Source: Corallochytrium limacisporum Hawaii (lineage: Eukaryota; Protista; Pluriformea). Taken from it: a stretch of 64,000 bases of DNA. Under the pieces are notes generated by a model that made no database searches, was not told the origin of the DNA, and saw only the letters and a list, made by a program, of their open reading frames with translations. Location: positions 1 through 64,000 of the forward strand of contig PDIP01000035.1 of the NCBI GenBank assembly GCA_002811645.1, read 5' to 3'. Position numbers and translations under genes: made by a program. Of this stretch, positions 56,575 through 64,000 are shown one piece after another; position 1 is the first letter of the stretch, and each line of letters opens with the position of its first letter.

Positions 56575-59220
56575 ATGAAGCCAGTGTGGCCACAACCTAA
56601 TCAGAGTCAAATGGATGATGCACTAGCCCGTCGTCGACTTCACCTCGCATTCGGAAGCTCAAGTGATGACTCCGACACCGAGCAGAACCATGGCGAAGAT
56701 ACAGAGGATAAAAATCCCGATGTAGATACCGTGGAAGGTGATTCGGAAGGAGTCGCAGTGGCGGCTAAGGACCGCAAGCGGAGAATTGGAAGCAGCGGGT
56801 TAGAGTTAAAGAGATCTCGAATAGAACAGGGGCAACTTCCGGTGCTCACTGAAGAAGCACGAGCACGAAATGAGGGTTCACGTAATGGACCATCTGGTGG
56901 CCTTGGGCAACTTGCAAGTGATTTCCGCAAGTCTGACCACTCTCGACGGTTTCGAGCTGACGGTGCAAATGGAATCCTCCAGAAACAAGGACAACCAATC
57001 CGGGGATCAGTCTCTCTCTGGTCAAGACGAATGGACTTCAGCCTTGAGTCTTTCCACTGTCTCTTTCTGAGGACTGACTATCGTGATATTCAGAAAGATG
57101 AAGCTATTCTTCGGCTACTGAAAAAGCACTACCAGATCACAGAGATCCGCGATGTGCCCATGTATTTTGCTGATGACAGGCAGTATTTTGAAACTTGGTT
57201 ACCACTACTCTTTCTGGAAGGTCTCGGCCAAATTCTCCAAGCCTTGGAAGAAGAACGTCAAGATCGCAAGGGCAAACGGGATCACACATACCAAGTCAGT
57301 GTAGTAGATGAGTTACGTCGGGAATCTAATCCATGGTACAGCTCATTCATGCTAGAAACCAGCAATGATACATTCAATGCCATCGACGACTACCTCTGTG
57401 CCCTCGAAATGCCTAAGCCTGGAGGTCATGGATTCTATCGTGTGTTTGTCCTGTGTAGCAGAATGGGATATTCCAAAATCCTTAGAATGAAGATCAGTTT
57501 CACAAATGCGTCAAAGCTCCGCCCTGAAACGTACACAATCGTTCCGCTGTGTCGCCTCACACCGTTCGAACGCCAGTTTGTGGCACTCAAAAAGATTGTA
57601 CAGGACCCTCCTAAGCATATAAGTCACATCCGTGACCTGCTCTTTGAGCCCCTGGGGATCACAAGGGCAAACAACTCCAGAGTCGAATCTCACGAACCGG
57701 AAACAAGCACGACGGACACCCTGAATGATCTGATGATTGATCAATCTCGGGCAGCCCGCCATATTATGAGTGCAAAGGACCATCCAGTGTTTGTACAAGG
57801 ACCTCCGGGAACTGGAAAGACGAGGACGATCGTACATGTGATTACTGCTCTGTTCAAGAATCTTTGCCCGATTCGTAAGAACCCCTGGTTGCCCAACCCC
57901 TCGGAGGTTCTCGGTAGTGATCCCAGCAAAGCTGACTCCAAGGTACGGGTCATGATTTGTACTCAGTCCAATGCGGCCCTCATTGAGATCTGCCAAAGAC
58001 TGGGTACAGGTTTAGAAACGAAAGAGAAGGGCGTGGGGGCGACCAGATTCTATCCGCGTGTGGTCCGATTTGGAAACTACGAAACAACGGAGGATCCAAT
58101 GGCGCTAGAGAACCTGGTCGAAAAGTTCATGAAATCGGACCCCAATGTTATTGAGACCATGGCACGGATTGACAAACTCCGGATAGAGGGAGAAAAGTCT
58201 GCAGAAAAGCTCCAGGCAAATGAAAAGATAATCAAGGCATTGAATGCTCGCCTGGAGAGTAGGCGTGGCGCTGCCGTCAAAGGGCTCATGTTGAACACGG
58301 ATGTGATTGCTTGTACGCTGGTCAGCTCTGGGCATCCAACCATTGAGGATGCTCTGCGGGGAGTCAACTTGAATTACATTCTCATCGACGAAGCCGCCCA
58401 GGCTGTCGAGTTGGAAAGCGTGATCCCCACAATCCACAAGCATAGGACGCTTGCTTTTGTTGGTGACCCAATGCAACTCCCAGCGACCGTTGTGGCAAGA
58501 AAGGCGCTTAAAAGAAAATACGACATGTCTTTCTTCCAGAGACTGGTAGTGCGCCTGGGCAGTCAATCACAAGAATACGTTCATCGGCTCAAAGTGCAGT
58601 TCCGAATGCTCGATCCTATTTGCCGGTTCCCGTCCAAGGAATTCTATGACAACCAGTTGGTCACCTCTGATAGTGTGGAGGACCATCTGGCCGGCACCTC
58701 CCACTTCTTTCAACCCCTTTCTTTCATTGAGTGCAGGGGCAAGATGCGCCGAGTAGGATCAGGAACGTTACAGAACCTCGACGAGGTAGAGGTCATGAGT
58801 GATGTCTTGAACATCCTGTTTAGGAACTGGAAGGAGTCTCAACAGCCAATCAACATTGCCATCCTAACTCCGTATCGGGGACAACTTTCCGCCATCAACC
58901 GCAAACTGGTAAGAATGAAAGGCGGCGAATCGAAAGAGTTCATCGATGAATGTGTCCGTCCGTCAACCATCGATGGTTTCCAGGGTCAGGAATGTGATGT
59001 GTGTATCTTCCTGACTGTACGATCCTCCCATCGTCATAGCCTTGGCTTTGTGAGCGACATGAGGCGTCTGAATGTAGCCATTACCCGGTCGCGCTTTCGT
59101 CTGATTATCATCGGTGATGACATTGCCCTGGGCAAAAACAAGACCTGGAAACGCTTCTTGCATCACATCCGCCACAATGGCAAGTGGATGAAGCTAACAG
59201 ATCTGTCCCCCTTGCCTTAG
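56575..59220 (+). CDS. SF1 Upf1-like helicase (Sen1/senataxin-like)
   Basis: QGPPGTGKT, C.QSNAA, IDEAAQ, VGDPMQLP, QFRM, TIDGFQGQE, RRLNVAITRSR; start uncertain (56473, 56575 or 56611). Confidence 0.92.
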   Translation: MKPVWPQPNQSQMDDALARRRLHLAFGSSSDDSDTEQNHGEDTEDKNPDVDTVEGDSEGVAVAAKDRKRRIGSSGLELKRSRIEQGQLPVLTEEARARNEGSRNGPSGGLGQLASDFRKSDHSRRFRADGANGILQKQGQPIRGSVSLWSRRMDFSLESFHCLFLRTDYRDIQKDEAILRLLKKHYQITEIRDVPMYFADDRQYFETWLPLLFLEGLGQILQALEEERQDRKGKRDHTYQVSVVDELRRESNPWYSSFMLETSNDTFNAIDDYLCALEMPKPGGHGFYRVFVLCSRMGYSKILRMKISFTNASKLRPETYTIVPLCRLTPFERQFVALKKIVQDPPKHISHIRDLLFEPLGITRANNSRVESHEPETSTTDTLNDLMIDQSRAARHIMSAKDHPVFVQGPPGTGKTRTIVHVITALFKNLCPIRKNPWLPNPSEVLGSDPSKADSKVRVMICTQSNAALIEICQRLGTGLETKEKGVGATRFYPRVVRFGNYETTEDPMALENLVEKFMKSDPNVIETMARIDKLRIEGEKSAEKLQANEKIIKALNARLESRRGAAVKGLMLNTDVIACTLVSSGHPTIEDALRGVNLNYILIDEAAQAVELESVIPTIHKHRTLAFVGDPMQLPATVVARKALKRKYDMSFFQRLVVRLGSQSQEYVHRLKVQFRMLDPICRFPSKEFYDNQLVTSDSVEDHLAGTSHFFQPLSFIECRGKMRRVGSGTLQNLDEVEVMSDVLNILFRNWKESQQPINIAILTPYRGQLSAINRKLVRMKGGESKEFIDECVRPSTIDGFQGQECDVCIFLTVRSSHRHSLGFVSDMRRLNVAITRSRFRLIIIGDDIALGKNKTWKRFLHHIRHNGKWMKLTDLSPLP

Positions 59221-59539
59221 TCACAGAACTGTTCTGGCCATCGTTCGTTACGCGGTGCCTGTGCTCCGAAAACCAACCCCCCCTTTTCGTTCCCCACCCA
59301 CATATTTCAGCCTCGCCAGGCCTCGTGGAGTGGGAGCGTGTTAGGAGCAGCGCTGCTGCCCCCCCCCCCTTTGCTCTCTATAGGTTGTAGTCCACGCACC
59401 CATTCAATAGGTCGCGTGTTCGGCCTAAATCACGACAACGTATTCAAGAACTCAGTGCCAAGTAATGCGAAACAAAATGGTCTGGTTTCTCTGGCAGACT
59501 CTTGTGTGCCAGAGACTGCCAGATAGCCTCCTCACATAT

Positions 59540-59738
59540 GTAAGTATTCCACCTTTGTTTAGAATCAGGCGAAGGCTTCCGACTGATGAATAATGTCGCG
59601 AACGGGCGGACATGACTACCCCATGGTGATCGCAATACATTCTGCAATGCTGACGGAATCTTCCTGCGCCTAGTTATTTCCAGGTTCAATTTGGACACTC
59701 CACTAACAAGTACGTATGTTATCCTGTTTTTTCCATAG
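59540..59738 (+). other. 199-nt spliceosomal intron hosting snoRNA 1
   Basis: GTAAGT donor, CACTAAC branch (59701-59707), TTTTTTCCATAG acceptor. Confidence 0.8.
59577..59658 (+). ncRNA. Box C/D snoRNA, SNORD96-like (5.8S Gm75-equivalent guide) with extra 18S-complementary element
   Basis: C box cTGATGA 59583-59589, D box CTGA 59650-59653, terminal stem TTCCG/CGGAA. Guide ATTCTGCAAT is complementary to 5.8S AUUGCAGAAU; ACGGGCGG is complementary to 18S CCGCCCGU. Confidence 0.85.
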
Positions 59739-59800
59739 ACACGGGCTGAAGTAGTTGGCGGAGTAGGAATTTGGTTGTCTGCTACACCAGTGTACTAAAG

Positions 59801-60018
59801 GTATGTATCCCGCAATAATCTAGCATAGGCTGATTGATGAACTTGATGACAAGGAGAACAAAAAAATATATAGGAAGTGCCGTCTTACTTATTGGAAGAC
59901 GATTGTTCAATTCTGAGACATCATCATCTGGCTATGCTCTTCTACCTCCTGAACGGACCCAAAACGGTATCAACTAACATTCACTTCTCCTATCACTATG
60001 ATTCGTTTTACTATGCAG
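59801..60018 (+). other. 218-nt spliceosomal intron hosting snoRNA 2
   Basis: AG|GTATGT donor, AACTAAC branch (59972-59978), pyrimidine-rich tract, TGCAG acceptor. Confidence 0.8.
59841..59920 (+). ncRNA. Box C/D snoRNA, SNORD49 (U49)-like
   Basis: C box tTGATGA 59843-59849, D box CTGA 59913-59916, external stems AGCATAG/CTATGCT and TGATGA/TCATCA. Guide ATAGGAAGTGCCG (59870-59882) pairs with 28S CGGCUCUUCCUAU with one U-U mismatch. Confidence 0.85.
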
Positions 60019-60024
60019 GCATGA

Positions 60025-61482
60025 TTACCACCACCTTTCGTATGCAGATGTAGGGGTCTCATTCAAAGCCATCCATACTTTTACCACATCAGCCATGGCG
60101 TCCACATTGTGGACGCGGATGATATTGATACGGCGATCCAGTGCGTGACAGACAGTTGCAGCAGTACCAAAGTCACGGTCTCTAGCATCCTTTCCCAAGA
60201 TCTTCCCAATAAAGCTTTTTCGTGAAGTGCCGATTAACATTTGAGAGTGATCGGTGCTTCGGGGGGTCACTCCGTTCATTACTTCCAGGCTTTGCTCACA
60301 CGTTTTGGCGAATCCAATCCCTGGATCTAGGATAACATTCCAGCGCCAGATCCCGGCATGCTCTGCTCGCTCAACGAGTCCAGCCAAGGCCCACTTGACC
60401 ACACGAGCGACACCACTTTTATATTCGGTCATGGTCTGCATGGTCTTTGAATCACCTCGAGTGTGCATGAGTATAATCGGCACGCCGGTTTGAGCGGCGA
60501 GGTCGAGCATCTTTGGGTCCTTGTTTCCCCCAGAAACATCATTAATAATGTCGGCACCTGCCTGGAGTGCCAAGTCAGCTACCTCGCTGCGGAAAGTGTC
60601 GATGCTGATTGGCTTTTTGAAGCCGTTGGCACGAAGTTCTTTGATAATACCGATCACACGTTCCTTTTCCACTTCGCTCCCCACATCGTCTGCCCCTGGG
60701 CGTGTAGACTGAGCACCAATGTCAATAATTCCTGCACCTGCTTCTGCGAGTGAGAATGCTTGCTTCACTGCCGCTGCAGGATCCAAGAAATCGCCGCCAT
60801 CACTGAATGAGTCCGGAGTGACATTTATGATGCCCATCAAGATGGGTTCATTTAGGTGGAGGAACGCTGTGGGCGTGTCACAGCCTCTCTTCCGGAGTGG
60901 GATCACACGATGCAGCGTGTAGTCTGGTGTACCACTTCCCTTTGTCCCCTGTTTGGGATCCCCTAGTAGGTCTATCAACTGTTGGGCCACAGATTTTTTA
61001 TGTACAGGGCAAACGAACTCTGGGGCAATGTCACAGAGAGGCCGGAGCACAAACTCACGCTCATATGCCCGCGGATGTGGTACCTCCAAAACGTCATCCT
61101 TGTGTACCAGCGACCCCATGTAAATGATATCTAGGTCAATCTTCCTCGGTCCGAACCGGAATGTTTTTTGTCGACCAACAGCTGTTTCTATGTCTTTAAG
61201 GACTTTCAACAATTCTCTTGGGGCCGCTATCGTATGAAATGAGCATGCAGAGTTCAGAAACCTTGGCTGATCTTCCACATACTGTGGTGCAGACTCATAG
61301 AGCCAAGCAAGACTCAAATACTCAATAGACAATACTTTCTTTAACATATTCAAAGCTAGTTCTATTGAAGCGTACGCGTCTCCATCATTGGCTCCGATGG
61401 CGATGATGGCTTCCACTGCCGTCTCAGTCCGAGGCTTCTTTACCGGAGGCTCATCGCCGTTAGTGCTGCCGTTCTGTGCCAT
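60025..61482 (-). CDS. Bifunctional HPPK-dihydropteroate synthase (FolK-FolP)
   Basis: HPPK: IAIGAN, YESAP..DQPRFLN, GPRKIDLDI, PHPR..EREFVL.PL. DHPS: MGIINVTPDSFSDGG, DPGIGFAK, SRKSFIG, IIRVHNV. Confidence 0.96.
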   Translation of the reverse strand: MAQNGSTNGDEPPVKKPRTETAVEAIIAIGANDGDAYASIELALNMLKKVLSIEYLSLAWLYESAPQYVEDQPRFLNSACSFHTIAAPRELLKVLKDIETAVGRQKTFRFGPRKIDLDIIYMGSLVHKDDVLEVPHPRAYEREFVLRPLCDIAPEFVCPVHKKSVAQQLIDLLGDPKQGTKGSGTPDYTLHRVIPLRKRGCDTPTAFLHLNEPILMGIINVTPDSFSDGGDFLDPAAAVKQAFSLAEAGAGIIDIGAQSTRPGADDVGSEVEKERVIGIIKELRANGFKKPISIDTFRSEVADLALQAGADIINDVSGGNKDPKMLDLAAQTGVPIILMHTRGDSKTMQTMTEYKSGVARVVKWALAGLVERAEHAGIWRWNVILDPGIGFAKTCEQSLEVMNGVTPRSTDHSQMLIGTSRKSFIGKILGKDARDRDFGTAATVCHALDRRINIIRVHNVDAMADVVKVWMALNETPTSAYERWW

Positions 61483-62258
61483 GATTGTCTATGGTCCCAA
61501 ATCGCAAGGATACATTGTTTGACACATGTCTAGCTTATAGTGTACACGCACGAAGCTGCGCAATCCGCGTTTGTCAGCAGTGGTCACAGCCTATATATCG
61601 AAATACCAGAGCCGCCACCACCAGCCAGCAAGTGTGACCCCCGAGAGTCTGGCCATCTCACTGTCATACAGCTCTGCTCTGCCCTCATTTGCACGCTGCA
61701 CTGTGTGCACCTGGTTCCCAAAACGTTATCACGCACTTTCGAGCTCTCCTCCCCTTTCTTCCCTCTTTCACCTATTGTCGCATCCACCTCGTTGAGGTCA
61801 CCCAATCCGTTCAGAGGCCTGGTCGCACCGGAGTGACCCCTTCCATTTGTCCAGAACCAGGTCATTAGTCACCCGCTTTCCCCCCCCCCCCGGGGCCGCA
61901 GTGCCGTTCCTTTCACAATAGGAGCGCCTGTGCTTGAAAATCAATATTATCAACATCAAAGAAATAAATATATTCGTGTCAAATTGTTGTATATTGATCG
62001 AAGGGAGTGTTGGAACCTTGGAGTAATTCCTTATGTTTTCACTTGCGCACGGTGGGAACAGGACGTGCTGACGTGGACTCGGAGATACGAAACGTACCGT
62101 CAGGTCGGAAGTGTGCACAAGGCCGAATGGTTGCAGCCGAGTGAAATGAGCCTCCTCACTACACGTATGACCAGGTATTTATACCGCAACCTAAAGTATT
62201 CCTCCGCTGGTAATCGAGGAGTCGAGCACCTACTTGAGGACCCAAGATCGAAGACAGT

Positions 62259-62906
62259 ATGGGAGAGGTCGAACTTTACTCTTACTACCGGAGCTCGTGC
62301 TCTTGGCGTATACGTCTTGTCCTAGCTATCAAGGGCATTGACTACAAATATCATCCCGTGCACCTGCTGAAGGGAGAGCAGCGGGATCAGGAATACCATA
62401 AGAAGAATCCCTTCAACAAGGTTCCCACTCTTGTGCACAATGGTAACCCCATTTCCCAAACTCAGGCGATCTGCGAGTACCTCGAGGAGGTATTCCCCGG
62501 CAACCCCATATTGCCAAAAGATCCGAAGACTAGGGCGATTGTCCGAGAGATCTCTGCCGGTGTCGCTTGTGACGTACAACCCCTCCAGAACTCAGCGGTC
62601 CTTTCGCACATTGGACAGAAGTACGGAGAAGAAGAAAAGTTGGCTTGGGCTAGAAAGTACATCGAGGAAGGTCTGCAGGCTGTGAACGAGCTTGTTGAAA
62701 AGCACGGCGGAAAGTACTGTGTTGGCGATGAAATTACGATGGCAGATGCTTTCGTTGTGCCCCAACTGTACAACGCTCGCCGTTACGATGCCGATACATC
62801 CAAGTTTCCGAGACTTATCGAGGTGGACCAGCGCCTTGCCGAGCTTGATGCCTTCAAGGCCGCGAACCCTAAAAACCAGCCAGACACTCCGGCAGAGACG
62901 GCCTAA
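62259..62906 (+). CDS. GSTZ1: Glutathione S-transferase zeta / maleylacetoacetate isomerase
   Basis: SYYRSSCSWR.R, VQPLQN, GKYCVGDEITMAD...VPQ.YNA.R, QPDTP. Confidence 0.95.
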   Translation: MGEVELYSYYRSSCSWRIRLVLAIKGIDYKYHPVHLLKGEQRDQEYHKKNPFNKVPTLVHNGNPISQTQAICEYLEEVFPGNPILPKDPKTRAIVREISAGVACDVQPLQNSAVLSHIGQKYGEEEKLAWARKYIEEGLQAVNELVEKHGGKYCVGDEITMADAFVVPQLYNARRYDADTSKFPRLIEVDQRLAELDAFKAANPKNQPDTPAETA

Positions 62907-63300
62907 TTATCAGGGAACGTCACCTACCCGATCTCTCAATACAATCCTTAGTTGCAACTCTAACTCATTTGTTATCAAGCCTGTACTGCCGGAAACTAAT
63001 CAATAATATAGAGTATGGAGGGCAATCCGGAGCCGAGTCCACAAAAGCCAGTCCCGAGGACGTGAGGCCGAAGGACGAAATTGGCTTGTGTTTTCCCTGC
63101 AATAGTCCGTACCAAGGGGAAGGGGAGTCGTCGTCGTTACCAGTCCCTTGCATACATTAGTGCTGTCCTTTCGTGAAGAGTTTCAATGCAATACAAGAGT
63201 ATTCAATAGCTATATCATGGAGAGATGCTATCCTGAGAATCACCACATTTTGGACCTACGTTGTATAGAGAGCTTTGTTCACTTCGATCGCAAAGCAACT

Positions 63301-64000
63301 ATGGGTGTACAGTGGCATTCCGGAAGTATTGTGGAAGCACTTGGATTGGTTCGGTCTCAAGGGCGCCGTCTACTTGCGTATATCTATAACAAACCTGAAG
63401 ATGCAGGTCTCTTGGACAGCTATGCCGATGTTCTGGGCCAAATCAATGCGGTTACAATCAAACTGAAGGCAGATTCTGAAGACGGGCGAAACTTTGTGCA
63501 AGTTTATCCTGTTGTATGGCTTCCAATTTTGTACATTATTGGTACCGACGGAAAGCCTATGAAATTCGTATCGATCACAGATCAGGTGAAAGCCGACCTC
63601 AACACTACTTTAAAGAACGAATTGGCCCCACTTGTCTCAGCTGATCCACCAACCAGCTCAGCTCCGCAAAGTCGACCTCAGGTTCCCACCTCAACGACAC
63701 CCGAGCCCGAACCGGTTCAGGAAAACACATTAGAAGGAAAGCGCTCTGTCCCGAACAAGATATCGGCACAGAAAGCACCAGAGCCCAGCCCTGTCCAGCA
63801 GCTCGTGAAGCCTAAACTGCAGCCTAAAAAGAAGAAAGAACCGGAACCAGAGCCAGAGCCAGAGCCGTACGTTCCACCGGACATATCGAACATTCGCATC
63901 CGTTTCGAAGATGGAACTATCTTGCAGAATCAGTTTAAGCCAGAAAATACGGTGCAGGATGTGATAAACTACATTCAAGCCGAGAAGGGTAATCTTGGAA
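63301..64000 (+). CDS. UBX-domain protein (UBXN4/Ubx7-like), 3'-partial; absent from the ORF track
   Basis: Open from ATG 63301 to the window end: MGVQWHSGSIVEAL...F.QVYPVV..P..YIIG..G.P, EP repeat, then UBX-like NIRIRFEDG..LQNQF.PE.TV.DV. Confidence 0.88.
   Translation, partial: MGVQWHSGSIVEALGLVRSQGRRLLAYIYNKPEDAGLLDSYADVLGQINAVTIKLKADSEDGRNFVQVYPVVWLPILYIIGTDGKPMKFVSITDQVKADLNTTLKNELAPLVSADPPTSSAPQSRPQVPTSTTPEPEPVQENTLEGKRSVPNKISAQKAPEPSPVQQLVKPKLQPKKKKEPEPEPEPEPYVPPDISNIRIRFEDGTILQNQFKPENTVQDVINYIQAEKGNLG

Larger units (their letters stand above)
59465..60024 (+). ncRNA. Putative non-coding spliced snoRNA host transcript (ends approximate)
   Basis: Two canonical introns separated by a 62-nt exon; only a 44-codon sORF after splicing. 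Confidence 0.7.

Noticed and set aside
59540-59828. Three apparent 23-29 nt micro-introns
   Set aside because: They give no coherent ORF; the 199- and 218-nt introns with branch points and embedded snoRNAs explain the signals better.

Overview
Gene-dense, almost intron-free eukaryotic nuclear DNA with about 32 protein genes. It mixes animal-like genes (UQCC2, PSMD5, CERK, EEIG1/FAM102, SARAF, OSCP1) with genes animals lack (class I DAHP synthase, HPPK-DHPS, SLAC1/TDT channel, ICME-like esterase, PIN4-like RRM-R3H). This suggests a unicellular holozoan with a compacted genome, possibly Corallochytrium-like (inference). Only three well-supported spliceosomal introns were found. Two lie in an apparently non-coding transcript at 59.4-60.0 kb, and each hosts a box C/D snoRNA: one SNORD96-like (5.8S guide, plus an 18S-complementary element) and one SNORD49-like (28S guide). 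This looks like a GAS5/SNHG-style snoRNA host gene preserved in an intron-stripped genome. A second theme is disrupted or truncated genes (LRRC46-like LRR, STI1-domain, half calcyphosin, one TGA-split ORF), several resembling cilia-associated families and possibly recording flagellar gene decay. Intergenic regions carry poly-G/C tracts, and two N gaps abut such tracts. Family and snoRNA assignments rest on recalled reference motifs, not database searches.
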